A stretch of 64,000 nt of DNA from Alphaproteobacteria bacterium. GTDB lineage: Bacteria > Pseudomonadota > Alphaproteobacteria > GCA-2731375. This document shows, piece after piece, positions 1 to 10,005 of the stretch (positions within the stretch are counted from its first letter, which is position 1; each line of letters opens with the position of its first letter). Location of the stretch: positions 2,688,001 through 2,752,000 of the forward strand of contig CBDDPY010000002.1 of assembly GCA_965232515.1 (NCBI GenBank). The letters run 5' to 3'. The notes beneath the pieces were generated by a model. That model worked only from the letters and a program-made list of their open reading frames with translations. It did not search any database and was not told the DNA's origin. The translations under genes were made by a program, and so were the position numbers.

Positions 1-606
1 GCGGCAGGCAGCGCCGTCACGACCATGCTTGGGGACCTGTGCGACCATGCCATGGCGGGCCAGCTCGTCGCGGCGGCACAGGACCGCTTCGGACGGCTCG
101 ACGCTGTTGTCAACAATGCCGGGTTCCCGGACTGGCGCGGTTTCGGGGAGCTGGACGATGCCGGACTGATGCAGTCGATCGAGGCGATCCAGGGGGCGTT
201 CTTCCGGCTGGCGACCGCCGCCCTGCCGCTGTTGCAGGCGGCGCCGCACGGACGCGTGATCGGGCTCAGCACGTTCCTGGCGCACGGCTTCCAGCTCGCC
301 AGCAAGATGACGCCGGCGTCAGCCACGGCCAAGGCCGGCATGGAGGCGATGGCGAAGGCGCTCGCCGTGCAGCTGGCGCCGCACGGCGTGACGGTGAATT
401 GCGTCGTGCCCGGCTACATCCGCAAGGACCAGGAGATCGGCCTCGATCCGAACCGGCCAGAGCGGCAGGCCGATATCGCCCGCATCCCGATGGGCCGCAT
501 CGGGATGCCGGACGAGGTGGCTGACGTAATCGCCTTCCTGCTGTCGCCGGCGGCGGCGTATGTCACCGGACAATCCATCGCCATCGATGGCGGCCTGACA
601 TTGTAA
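1..606 (+). CDS. SDR family oxidoreductase (5' partial)
   Basis: The frame is open from base 1. It contains [21 protein letters not shown] and [12 protein letters not shown] motifs. The YxxxK site reads SATAK. Confidence 0.9.
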   Translation, partial: AAGSAVTTMLGDLCDHAMAGQLVAAAQDRFGRLDAVVNNAGFPDWRGFGELDDAGLMQSIEAIQGAFFRLATAALPLLQAAPHGRVIGLSTFLAHGFQLASKMTPASATAKAGMEAMAKALAVQLAPHGVTVNCVVPGYIRKDQEIGLDPNRPERQADIARIPMGRIGMPDEVADVIAFLLSPAAAYVTGQSIAIDGGLTL

Positions 607-678
607 ATCGCGATACTGACATCTCCCGCGGCGACACTATGTATGCGAGGATACGCGTGTCGTCGGAGGGTCGCGGAG

Positions 679-984
679 ATGACGCAAGCTAAAACAATCA
701 TTGCCTTTGACGAGGGCCGGCTGCCGCCCGCCGGCACCTATGCCTTCGAGCTGGACCTGACCGGCGAGAATGGCTGCGCCATGGTCGAAACCCTTGTCTG
801 GCTGGTCGGGTCGCTGAAGAGCCCCTTCGAGGTCTGGGCCGGACAGGCGCAGGTTTCGCCCGACGAACTGGCCGACAACTATACGAAACTGACCGTCTGG
901 ACCTCCGACCGCGATAACGCGGACTTCCTGATGCTGATGCATGAGCTGGGCGTCGACGTCGTGCGGGCGTTCCCCGACGAATAG
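679..984 (+). CDS. hypothetical protein (~101 aa)
   Basis: ATG at 679 after GGAG, coding-like GC3 bias, no recognisable family. Confidence 0.65.
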   Translation: MTQAKTIIAFDEGRLPPAGTYAFELDLTGENGCAMVETLVWLVGSLKSPFEVWAGQAQVSPDELADNYTKLTVWTSDRDNADFLMLMHELGVDVVRAFPDE

Positions 985-1127
985 CCGCGCCTGACGACGC
1001 TGGCGCACCGGCCCGCTCGCGCCTATCCTTGATGGTTCGAGAACAAAGACCATCCTGAGGAAACGCCAGCCATGCGGCAGTGCCTGGGCAGACGCCCGGA
1101 CAGCGGGCTTCGCTCGGGCGCGGCGCC

Positions 1128-2351
1128 GTGACGGCGGCCCAACCGCGCACCTCGAGCGGCGCGCTCGAGCTGTTGGCCGACCGGGCCTTCCGTCAGGTCT
1201 GGCTGGCCGGCGCACTGCTGGGCACCCAGCGCTGGCTGGAGATGCTGGCGATCGGCGTCTATGTCTTCGACCGCACCGGCTCGCCGTTCCAGGTGGCGCT
1301 GATGACGATGCTGCGCATCCTGCCGATGGCGCTGCTCAGCGCCTTCGCCGGCGCCATTGCCGACCGGGTCAGCCGCCGGCTGCTGCTGCAGGTCGTCATC
1401 GTCGGCATGACGGCGGTGAGCGGCGGCCTCGGCCTGCTGGCGCTGACCGGCGCCATCGAGCTCTGGCACATCGCGCTCGGCGCGCTGCTGGGCGGCGTGT
1501 TCTGGGCCACGGACCTGCCGGTGCGGCGCACGCTGTTGGGCGAGATCGCCGGCAGCGACCGGCTGGGCGCCGGCATGGGACTCGACGCGGCGACCAACAA
1601 CGCGACACGCATGCTGGGGCCGGTGCTGGGCGGATTCCTGTTGCAACTGATCGGCCTGGACGGCAGCTTCTTCGTCGGCGCCGCCCTGTTCGCCGTCAGC
1701 TTCCTGCTGCTGGCGCGCGTCGACTTCGCCGAGACGCATGCCGGCGGCATCGGCCGCAACGTGCTGCGCAACATCCTCGAGGGCCTGCAGTATCTGCGCA
1801 CCGACCGGGCGTTGGTCGGCACGCTGGCGGTCACCGTGATCTTCAATATCTGGGGCTTTCCCTTCACCTCGATGGTGCCGGTGATCGGCCGCGACATCAT
1901 GGGCCTGGAGGCGGGCGCCGTCGGCCTGCTGATGAGCGCCGAGGGCGCAGGCGCGCTGATCGGCGCGCTGGTGATCGCCTTCCGGGCCCGGCAGGCCCAC
2001 TACCGGCGGATCTATTTCTACGGCACCTTTGCCTTCCTGGCCCTGGTGCTGGTGTTCGGCGCGACCGGCATGCCGGCGGTCTCGGCGACGGTGCTGCTGT
2101 CGATCGGCGTCGCCGGCGCCTGCTTCTCGTCGATGCAGAGCACCATCACGCTGCTGTCGGCGCCGCCGGCGATCCGCGGCCGGATCATGGGCGTGGTCTC
2201 GGTCTGCATCGGCACCGGCGTGCTGGGCTTCCTCTATATCGGCATGCTGGCGGACTGGCTCGGCGCGCCGCTGGCGGTGATGCTGACCGCGGCCCAGGGC
2301 CTCGCCGCCATGGTTCTGGTCGGCCTGATCTGGCCGGAACTGCGGCGCTGA
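1128..2351 (+). CDS. MFS transporter
   Basis: About 12 hydrophobic segments, with motifs GAIADRVSRR and GMLADWLG. Start uncertain (GTG 1080 or 1128). Confidence 0.9.
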   Translation: MTAAQPRTSSGALELLADRAFRQVWLAGALLGTQRWLEMLAIGVYVFDRTGSPFQVALMTMLRILPMALLSAFAGAIADRVSRRLLLQVVIVGMTAVSGGLGLLALTGAIELWHIALGALLGGVFWATDLPVRRTLLGEIAGSDRLGAGMGLDAATNNATRMLGPVLGGFLLQLIGLDGSFFVGAALFAVSFLLLARVDFAETHAGGIGRNVLRNILEGLQYLRTDRALVGTLAVTVIFNIWGFPFTSMVPVIGRDIMGLEAGAVGLLMSAEGAGALIGALVIAFRARQAHYRRIYFYGTFAFLALVLVFGATGMPAVSATVLLSIGVAGACFSSMQSTITLLSAPPAIRGRIMGVVSVCIGTGVLGFLYIGMLADWLGAPLAVMLTAAQGLAAMVLVGLIWPELRR

Positions 2352-2392
2352 CCGTCGTCAATCTGATGCGAGCGGCACGCGCCGGATTCTCG

Positions 2393-2475
2393 CCACCAAA
2401 ACGCCTAGACACCAAGATCACGCGGATTGGCCGGTGATCGCGCCGTCTGATCTTGGTGTCTTGGCGTCTTGGTGG
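2393..2475. repeat. palindromic REP/MITE-like element, copy 1
   Basis: 28-bp arms ccaccaaaacgcctagacaccaagatca and tgatcttggtgtcttggcgtcttggtgg are complementary at 26/28 positions. Related copy at 3508-3599. Confidence 0.8.
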
Positions 2476-2653
2476 TTAAGGAATTTGGGCGCTGCGCGCG
2501 CTCAGACGCTTGCGGAATGGTTAATGGCCCGGCGATTGGGGGAGACCGAAGCGGTTGATCTTGCTAGACTCTCCAGCAGGGGCAATGAGCTCGGACGGGG
2601 GTGCCGACGCGTTTCACCGGCCGCCCGTTCGGGTCGATAGGGGGAGATGCGTA

Positions 2654-3496
2654 ATGAAGACGATTCTCCTGCCGTTCCACGACGACGACGCGGCCGAGGC
2701 CGCCCTGGCGACGGCGCATCTCGTGGCGACACGCTTCGGCAGTTATCTGGAAGGCCTGCTGGTCCGGCGCACGCCTGTTATCGTCGCCGGCGAAGGCATC
2801 GCCCTGCCGGCGGAGTCGCTGACCCAGCTCGCCTCCGACGAGGACCGCATCGCCGAGGCCGGACGGCGCTTCACCAAATTCACCGACGCCAAGGGCATTC
2901 CCTACCGCGAGGTCACCTTCACCCGCGAGAAGGTGACGGCCGGCTGGCGCGATGTCGAGGGCCAGGAAGGCGAGATCGTCGGCGAATACGGCCGCCTGTT
3001 CGACCTGGTCGTGATCGCCCGCATCGGACCGCGCGGCGGCGCCGACTGGCAGGCGACCTGCGAGGCGGCCTTGTTCGAGAGCGGCCGGCCGGTGCTGATC
3101 GCGCCGACCGCGGCGCCGCAGGGTCTGGGCGACACCGTGGTGATCGCCTGGAACGGCAGCACCGAGACGGCCCGCGCCGTGGCGCTCGGCATGCCGTTCC
3201 TGAGCCAAGCCGTCTCCGTGCTGGTGCTGACCGTTGAGAACGGCACGGTGCCGGGACCGAGCGGCGAGCAGATGGCGAACCATCTGGTCCGCAACGGCAT
3301 CAACGCCACGGCGCGCACGATTTCTCCGGGCGACCTGTCCGTCGGCGAGGCCGTGCTGGCGGAAGCGAAAAATGTCGGCGCCGATCTGCTGATCAAGGGC
3401 GCCTATACGCAGCACCGGCTGCGGCAGATGATCTTCGGCGGCGCCACCCGCCACATCCTCACCCACGCCGAGCTGCCCGTGCTCATGGCGCATTAA
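2654..3496 (+). CDS. universal stress protein (tandem USP)
   Basis: Starts MKTILLP after a GGGGAG RBS. Contains SGRPVLIAP, IAWNGS, ADLLIKGAY and FGGATRHIL..ELPVLMAH. Confidence 0.92.
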   Translation: MKTILLPFHDDDAAEAALATAHLVATRFGSYLEGLLVRRTPVIVAGEGIALPAESLTQLASDEDRIAEAGRRFTKFTDAKGIPYREVTFTREKVTAGWRDVEGQEGEIVGEYGRLFDLVVIARIGPRGGADWQATCEAALFESGRPVLIAPTAAPQGLGDTVVIAWNGSTETARAVALGMPFLSQAVSVLVLTVENGTVPGPSGEQMANHLVRNGINATARTISPGDLSVGEAVLAEAKNVGADLLIKGAYTQHRLRQMIFGGATRHILTHAELPVLMAH

Positions 3497-3507
3497 CAAA
3501 CCGGTTT

Positions 3508-3599
3508 TTCACCACAAAGAAGCCAAGACACCAAGATCACGCTGAACATCTGGCGATCGAGACGTCTGGATCTTGGTGTCTTTGCGTCTTTGCGGTGAA
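3508..3599. repeat. palindromic REP/MITE-like element, copy 2
   Basis: 31-bp arms complementary at 28/31 positions. Shares agacaccaagatcacgc and atcttggtgtctt with copy 1. Confidence 0.8.
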
Positions 3600-3633
3600 T
3601 CCTGGAGCGCTGCGCGCTCCAAAATCACCAGCG

Positions 3634-5337
3634 TCAGGCGACCCATTCGCTGACGGGGGCGCGGGCGTCTTGGAGGGGCTGGCAGATGATGTCGACGAGA
3701 GCCGGGCCGTCGTGGGCGCAGGCGGCGGCGAGCGCGGCATGGAGATCCGCCGGGTCCTCGACGGACCAGGTCTTGACGCCGTAGGCCGCCGCCACACGTG
3801 CGTGGTCGGTGCGGCTGAAGTCGACGGAGAAATAGCGCTCGTTGAAACCGGATTTCTGGCCGGCCTTGATCCAGCCGAAGACGGCGTTCGAGATGACCAC
3901 GAAGGTGATCGGCAGGCCGAGGCGCACCACGGTCTCGAGCTCGCCGCTGGTGAAGCCGAAGCTGCCGTCGCCCATGACCGAGACGGTCTTGACGTCAGGC
4001 CGGCCGAAATGCGCGCCGACGGCGGCCGACAGCGAATAGCCGAGCGCGCCATGGGCGCGGTTCGAGATGAACTGACGGCCCGATTGGCCGAGGCGGTAGT
4101 AGCCGGCGAAATAGGGGCACGGCGTGCCCGGGTCGGCGACGATGACGGCGTCGGCCGGCAGGATCTCGTTCAGCGTGGCGACGACGCGCTCGGGCCGGAT
4201 GGGCGTCGCGTCGCTGGTCGCCAGCTCCTGGAAGGCGGCGAACTTGGCTTCGCGGGCGGCGGCGACGGCGGCCCGGTTCAGCGCATCGCCGGGCGCGCGG
4301 CGCTGGCCGCCGATTTCGGCGTTGAGCGCGGCGAGCGCGAGGCGCGCATCGCCGACGAGCGCCGCATCGGCGGCATAGGTGACGCCGATGACGCCGGGGT
4401 CGACGTCGATGTGAATGACCTTGGCGGCGCCGGGCGCGGGATGGCGCCAGCGCTCGGTCGTCACCGAACCGGCGCGGCAGCCGACGAACAGCACCAGGTC
4501 GGCGGCGTCGACCAGCGCGCGCGTCTCGGGCGTGCCGCCGTTGCTGCCGACGACACCGACGCTCAGGGGATGGTCGTCCGCGAGGCTGCCCTTGCCGCTG
4601 ATCGTGGTGGCGACCGGCATCTCGAGCGCTTCCGCGAGCGCCAGCAGCTCGGCCTCGCCGCCCGCATTGATCACGGCGCCGCCGCAGATGGCGATGGGCT
4701 CGCGCGCGGCAAGCAGCAGTTCGGCCGCAAGCGCCACGTCGTCGGACGCCGGCGCGGTCGGCCAGGCCGGGTAGCGGCCATGCGCCGGCTCGGCCCAGAC
4801 ATCGCTCTCGTCGACGGGCGCGTTCTGCACGTCGAACGGCAGGCCGAGATGCGCCGCGCCGGGCCGGCCCGTGGTCATGGCCTTGAAGGCGGCGCGCAGG
4901 AGCTTGGGCACGTCGGCCGCGCGGTCGATCACCGCGTTCCATTTCGTCAGCGGCGCGAATAGCGCCTTCTGGTCGAGCTCGGTGAGCGTGTACTTGCCGC
5001 GGCTGCCGACGGCGATGTCGGTGGTGATGGCGAGCACCGGATAGGAGGACTCGTTGGCTTCGACCAGGCCCGGCAGGATGTAGGTCGCGCCGCCGCCGCT
5101 CGGGCCCTCGCAGACGCCGACCTTGCCGGTGACGCGGGCATAGCCGTCGGCCATGTAGGCGGCCGAGCGCTCATCACGGCTGAGGATGTGGGTGATGCTG
5201 TGGTCGAGCCGGTGCAGGGCGTCGTAGAACGGCAGGCTGGTGTCGCCGCAGAGGCCGAAAATGTACTTCACGTCATAGCGCTGCAGCATGCGCACGACGG
5301 CCTCGCCGCCGGTGAGCTGGTTGGTCGTCTGGGTCAT
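3634..5337 (-). CDS. thiamine pyrophosphate-binding protein (acetolactate synthase large-subunit-like)
   Basis: IFGLCGD, RDERSAAYMADGYAR, and a GDGS...N TPP-binding motif. Confidence 0.9.
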   Translation of the reverse strand: MTQTTNQLTGGEAVVRMLQRYDVKYIFGLCGDTSLPFYDALHRLDHSITHILSRDERSAAYMADGYARVTGKVGVCEGPSGGGATYILPGLVEANESSYPVLAITTDIAVGSRGKYTLTELDQKALFAPLTKWNAVIDRAADVPKLLRAAFKAMTTGRPGAAHLGLPFDVQNAPVDESDVWAEPAHGRYPAWPTAPASDDVALAAELLLAAREPIAICGGAVINAGGEAELLALAEALEMPVATTISGKGSLADDHPLSVGVVGSNGGTPETRALVDAADLVLFVGCRAGSVTTERWRHPAPGAAKVIHIDVDPGVIGVTYAADAALVGDARLALAALNAEIGGQRRAPGDALNRAAVAAAREAKFAAFQELATSDATPIRPERVVATLNEILPADAVIVADPGTPCPYFAGYYRLGQSGRQFISNRAHGALGYSLSAAVGAHFGRPDVKTVSVMGDGSFGFTSGELETVVRLGLPITFVVISNAVFGWIKAGQKSGFNERYFSVDFSRTDHARVAAAYGVKTWSVEDPADLHAALAAACAHDGPALVDIICQPLQDARAPVSEWVA

Positions 5338-5456
5338 CAGGCCGTCTCCTCCCCGCCCCCTGCATAGCATATGCGGCCGCGCGGTCGAGGGTTTGCCGAC
5401 AGCGTTGGAACCGTGCGAGGCTTGCCGCCGCGGGATTGGAAATCGGGAGTTGGCAG

Positions 5457-6923
5457 ATGAGTGAAGCGCCTGCGCGGTGCGATTTGATGTTCAGGGGCGC
5501 TGCGGTCTTCGACGGCAGCGGCGCCGAGGCGGTGACGGCCGACGTGGCCGTCGAGAACGGCCGTATCGCCGCGATCGGCGACCTCGGCGGCAGCGGCGCG
5601 GTGGTCGAGATCGATGCCGCCGGCAAGGCGCTGGCGCCGGGCTTCATCGACGTGCATACGCATGACGACCGCTACCTGCTGGCGCAGCCGGACGTGCCGG
5701 CGAAAGCGAGCCAGGGCGTGACCACGGTGGTGGTCGGCAATTGCGGCATCAGCGTCGCGCCACTGACCCGGCCCGGCCTGCCGCCGCCGCCGTTCGACCT
5801 GCTGGCCGACCGGCCGGAATACTGCTTCGCCAGCGTTGACGACTATTTCAAGCGGCTAGACGATCAGCCGGCGGCGCTGAACTCGCTGACGCTGATCGGC
5901 CATTCGGTGCTGCGCTACAACTGCATGGACGATCTGGACCGGCCGGCGACCGATGCCGAGATCGGCGCCATGCGCGACCTGATGGCGGACGCCATGGAGG
6001 CCGGCGCCATCGGCATGTCGAGCGGCCTGTTCTATCCGCCGGCGAAGGCCGCGCGCACCGAGGAGGTGATGGGCGCGGCGGAGGCGCTGACCGCCGGCGA
6101 CGGCATCTACACGGCGCATATCCGCAATGAGGCCGAAGGCGTCGTCGACTCGATCGAGGAGGCGGCGGCGATCGGCCGGCATGCCGACGTGCAGGTGGTG
6201 ATCTCGCACCACAAGTGCATGGGCACGGCGAACTACGGCCGCACGCGCGAGACGCTGCCGCTGTTCGACCGGCTCAGCGGCGAGCAGCGCATTGGCCTCG
6301 ACGTCTATCCGTATGTGGCCGGCTCGACGGTATTGCTGCCGGAAATGGTCGAGATGGCGGAGAAAACGCTGGTGACCTGGTCGAAGGCGCGGCCGGACTG
6401 CGCCGGGCGCGACCTCGCCGAGGTGGCGGCCGAACTGGGCCTGAGCCCGCTCGAGGCCGCGGCCGAACTGCAGCCGGCGGGCGCCGTCTACTTCACCATG
6501 GACGAGGCCGACGTGCAGCGCATCATCGCCTATCCGCGCAGCATGATCGGCTCGGACGGCCTGCCGAGCGACAGCCATCCGCACCCGCGGCTCTGGGGCA
6601 CGTTCCCGCGCGTGCTGGGGCACTACGCGCGGGAGCTCGGCGTGCTGACCATGGCGGACGCCGTCCATCGCATGACCGGCCTGCCGGCGACGGAGTTCGG
6701 CCTTGGCGATCGCGGCTTCGTGCGGCCGGGCTATCACGCCGATCTGGTGCTGTTCGATCCGGGCAGCGTGCTCGACCGTTCGACCTTCGAGGCGCCGACG
6801 CAGCCGGCGGCGGGCATCGAGCTGGTGCTGGTGAACGGCGAAGCGGTCTGGCGCGACGGCGCCTCCACAGGCGCCCGCCCCGGCCGCGCCATCCGCCGGC
6901 AGGAGACGGCCAGGGGGCGGTAG
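5457..6923 (+). CDS. N-acyl-D-amino-acid deacylase (D-aminoacylase)
   Basis: PGFIDVHTHDD, QGVTTVVVGNCG, ISHHK, GSDG and HPRLWGTFPRVLG motifs. Confidence 0.92.
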   Translation: MSEAPARCDLMFRGAAVFDGSGAEAVTADVAVENGRIAAIGDLGGSGAVVEIDAAGKALAPGFIDVHTHDDRYLLAQPDVPAKASQGVTTVVVGNCGISVAPLTRPGLPPPPFDLLADRPEYCFASVDDYFKRLDDQPAALNSLTLIGHSVLRYNCMDDLDRPATDAEIGAMRDLMADAMEAGAIGMSSGLFYPPAKAARTEEVMGAAEALTAGDGIYTAHIRNEAEGVVDSIEEAAAIGRHADVQVVISHHKCMGTANYGRTRETLPLFDRLSGEQRIGLDVYPYVAGSTVLLPEMVEMAEKTLVTWSKARPDCAGRDLAEVAAELGLSPLEAAAELQPAGAVYFTMDEADVQRIIAYPRSMIGSDGLPSDSHPHPRLWGTFPRVLGHYARELGVLTMADAVHRMTGLPATEFGLGDRGFVRPGYHADLVLFDPGSVLDRSTFEAPTQPAAGIELVLVNGEAVWRDGASTGARPGRAIRRQETARGR

Positions 6924-6963
6924 TCGCGGCCTTTTGGGTTCTATGACGGCGCGGTCCGCGCGC

Positions 6964-7467
6964 TTAAGGCGAGCGGGTGTCGTTGCGGTAGAAGAGGTGG
7001 CGACCGATGGTGACGGTGGCGTCGAAGGCCTTGCCCCAGTCGGGGGCGACGTAGTCGGCGTGGTAGTGGGTGGCGGCCGACGTGAGGTCGCGGAGGCCGC
7101 CCTCGTTGACCAGCTTGGCGAGGTCGACGGCGTCGCGCCAGGCGGTCATGTCGTGTGGGTCATCCGAGCGGCCGTCGCAGGCGAAGGAGAACTGGCAGGC
7201 GTGCCGGCGGTGCGCGTTCTGGAAGACGACGCCGCAGACGTCGTTCGGGTAGCGCCGGTCGGCGACCCGGTTGCGGATCACCTGGGCCACGGCCATGCGG
7301 CCCTCGAACGGCTCGCCGCGGGCCTCGAAATAGATCGCCTGAGCAAGGCAGCGGTCGGCCGCGGCCAGATCCTCGTAGCCCGGCGCCCGCGGAAGCAGGA
7401 CAAGCGTCAGCGCCGCCAGCGGCAGGACGCCAGCGAGACCGAGCAAGATATGGTGGCGGCGCGTCAT
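6964..7467 (-). CDS. cell wall hydrolase, SleB/Hydrolase_2 family
   Basis: N-terminal hydrophobic anchor, CLAQAIYFEARGE, CQFSF, ATHYHADYV and IGRHLFY. Confidence 0.9.
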   Translation of the reverse strand: MTRRHHILLGLAGVLPLAALTLVLLPRAPGYEDLAAADRCLAQAIYFEARGEPFEGRMAVAQVIRNRVADRRYPNDVCGVVFQNAHRRHACQFSFACDGRSDDPHDMTAWRDAVDLAKLVNEGGLRDLTSAATHYHADYVAPDWGKAFDATVTIGRHLFYRNDTRSP

Positions 7468-7597
7468 ACCTGCTGAATAGGGGCGGAATACGGCGAAAAT
7501 CGGGCAGGCCCGCCACCCCTCGCCTTGTCGGCCTCCGGAAAACTGGGTAGGTTGCCGAAAAGCACGCAACTCCAGCAAAAACAGGGATTTGAGGCCG

Positions 7598-9226
7598 ATG
7601 AGCGCGAACCCGTACGCCACCGACCTGGACCAGAACGCCGCCAACCACCAGCCGCTGTCGCCGCTCTCCTTCCTGGAGCGCACGGCCGCCGTGTACCCCG
7701 ACCGGATCGCCTGGATTCACGGCGAGACGCAGACCAGCTACCGCGATTTCTACCGGCGCTGCCGGCAGCTCGCGAGCGCGCTGTCGAAGCGCGGCATCGG
7801 CCTCGGCGACACGGTGGCGGTCATGGCGACGAACATCCCGCCGCACCTGGAAGCGCATTACGGCGTGCCGATGACGGGTGGCGTCCTGAACGCCATCAAC
7901 ATCCGGCTGGACGCGGCCACGGTCGCCTTCATCCTGGAGCACGGCGAGGCCAAGATCCTGCTGGTCGACAAGGAATTCGCGCCCGTGGTCAGCGACGCCG
8001 TCAGCCGCATGGACGCCCCGCCGACGATCATCGATATCGACGATCCGCTGGGGCCGGACAACGCGTTGATCGGCGAGAAGGACTATGAAGCCCTGCTGGC
8101 CGAAGGCGATCCGGATTTCGAATGGTCCTGGCCGGCGGACGAATGGCAGGCGATCTCGCTGAACTACACCTCGGGCACCACCGGCAATCCGAAGGGCGTG
8201 GTTTACCATCGTCGCGGCGCGTTTCTGAACGCGGTCAGCAACGCCATGAGCTGGGGCCTGCCGCAGCAGCCGGTCTATCTCTGGACGCTGCCCATGTTCC
8301 ATTGCAACGGCTGGTGCTTTCCCTGGACGGTGACGGCCTACGGCGGCACGCATGTCTGCTTGCGCCGGGTCGAGGCAGGGCCGATCTTCCAGGCCCTGGA
8401 ACGGCATGGCGTGACGCATTTCTGCGGCGCGCCGATCGTCTTGAACATGCTGGCGAACGCGCCGGACGACGTGAAGATCAAGCTCGACCGGCCGGTCAGC
8501 GTCATGACCGCGGGCGCGGCGCCGCCGGCCGCCGTGATCAAGGGCATGGAGGCCATGGGCTTCGGCGTCACCCACGTCTACGGCCTGACCGAGACCTACG
8601 GGCCCGCCGTGGTCTGCGCCTGGCACGCGGAATGGGACGCGCTGCCGGAGGCGGACCGCGCCGCCAAGACCGTGCGCCAGGGCGTGCGCTACCCGATGCT
8701 GGAGGCGCTCGACGTGATGGACCCGGAGAGCATGACGCCGGTCGCGCGCGACGGCGCCACCATGGGCGAGGTCATGTTCCGCGGCAACGTGGTGATGAAG
8801 GGCTATCTGAAGAACCCGACCGCCAGCACGGATGCGTTCGCCGGCGGCTGGTTCCATTCCGGCGATCTCGCCGTCATGCACGCGGACGGCTATATCGAGC
8901 TGAAGGACCGCTCGAAGGACATCATCATCTCGGGCGGCGAGAACATCTCGACGATCGAGGTCGAGGACACGCTCTACCGGCACCCGGCGGTGCTGGAAGC
9001 GGCGGTGGTGGCGAAGCCGCACGAGAAATGGGGCGAGACGCCCTGCGCGGTCGTCACGCTCAAGCCCGACGCCAGGGCAGTCACGGAGAAGGACATCATC
9101 GACTTCTGCCGCGAGAATCTGGCGCACTTCAAGTGCCCGACGGTCGTCCTGTTCGACACCCTGCCGAAGACGTCGACGGGCAAGATCCAGAAATACGTCC
9201 TGCGCGATCGGATCCGCGACGCTTAG
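7598..9226 (+). CDS. acyl-CoA synthetase (AMP-binding)
   Basis: YTSGTTGNPKG, YGLTETYG, GWFHSGD and PKTSTGK motifs. Confidence 0.93.
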   Translation: MSANPYATDLDQNAANHQPLSPLSFLERTAAVYPDRIAWIHGETQTSYRDFYRRCRQLASALSKRGIGLGDTVAVMATNIPPHLEAHYGVPMTGGVLNAINIRLDAATVAFILEHGEAKILLVDKEFAPVVSDAVSRMDAPPTIIDIDDPLGPDNALIGEKDYEALLAEGDPDFEWSWPADEWQAISLNYTSGTTGNPKGVVYHRRGAFLNAVSNAMSWGLPQQPVYLWTLPMFHCNGWCFPWTVTAYGGTHVCLRRVEAGPIFQALERHGVTHFCGAPIVLNMLANAPDDVKIKLDRPVSVMTAGAAPPAAVIKGMEAMGFGVTHVYGLTETYGPAVVCAWHAEWDALPEADRAAKTVRQGVRYPMLEALDVMDPESMTPVARDGATMGEVMFRGNVVMKGYLKNPTASTDAFAGGWFHSGDLAVMHADGYIELKDRSKDIIISGGENISTIEVEDTLYRHPAVLEAAVVAKPHEKWGETPCAVVTLKPDARAVTEKDIIDFCRENLAHFKCPTVVLFDTLPKTSTGKIQKYVLRDRIRDA

Positions 9227-9361
9227 CGCACGCCGGGGACACCGGTTTTCCAAAAACCGGCAGCAACTTCTCGGTTGCGCCGCCCGTCAGAGCTGACGTT
9301 AAGGAAATTCGACCGCGCGGTAAGCGGAGAATCCGCCGCGCGGGACCTGATCAGGCCGGCG

Positions 9362-9538
9362 TCAGTGCGCCGGCTCGGGACTTAAGCGAGCGATCTCGTC
9401 TTTGATGCGAAGCTTCTGGCGCTTCAGTGCCTGAATCCTGAGTTCATCGGGATGCGGCCTGAGGTTTTCTTCGACGATTTGCTGTTCGAGATTCTGATGC
9501 TCGGTACGCAATTCTTCGACAGAAACGCCTTCGATCAT
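9362..9538 (-). CDS. DUF465/YdcH family small protein
   Basis: EHQNLEQQI...IQALKRQKLRIKDEI pattern; GGAGG RBS. Confidence 0.85.
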   Translation of the reverse strand: MIEGVSVEELRTEHQNLEQQIVEENLRPHPDELRIQALKRQKLRIKDEIARLSPEPAH

Positions 9539-9693
9539 ACGCGTCCTCCAATCACATTGATTGTGGTCATAATATAGCCACTTCGGCGCGCGGATGACAG
9601 CCCATCGCAGCAATTGAACAGGAAAGTCCTAGGCCACTTCCGGGCGCTTCTATGGTAGGCTGTGACCATATTCCAAAGATTCGCCGGAGCGCC

Positions 9694-9891
9694 ATGGAGC
9701 GTGAAGAGCTAGAGGCGAAGCTGGTCGCATTGCAGCAGGAGCACCGGGATCTCGACCATGCGATCGATGCCCTGGTGGAACAAGGCACTTACGACCAGCT
9801 GAAGGTGCAGCGTCTGAAAAAGCGAAAGCTTCAGCTGAAGGACCTGATCGCCCGGGTCGAGAGCCAGCTGACGCCCGACATCATCGCCTGA
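9694..9891 (+). CDS. DUF465/YdcH family small protein
   Basis: EHRDLDHAI...QRLKKRKLQLKD..PDIIA pattern. Confidence 0.88.
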   Translation: MEREELEAKLVALQQEHRDLDHAIDALVEQGTYDQLKVQRLKKRKLQLKDLIARVESQLTPDIIA

Positions 9892-10005
9892 GCCCGCGCG
9901 GCGCGCGAATCGCCGGGATGCGAATGCGGGCGATACCGACGCCTCCACGGCGCTTTGGTCAGGAAGCCGTGATCGATTTTCGGGCGAATCACCCCGAATC
10001 GGTTC

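Noticed and set aside
1024-1062. catcctgagg/ttcgaga fragments resembling the 30287 repeat family
   Set aside because: Too short and degenerate to call.
3634-5337. TPP enzyme as glyoxylate carboligase completing the glycerate pathway
   Set aside because: It does not resemble Gcl as I recall it, and the shared operator motif is not seen upstream.
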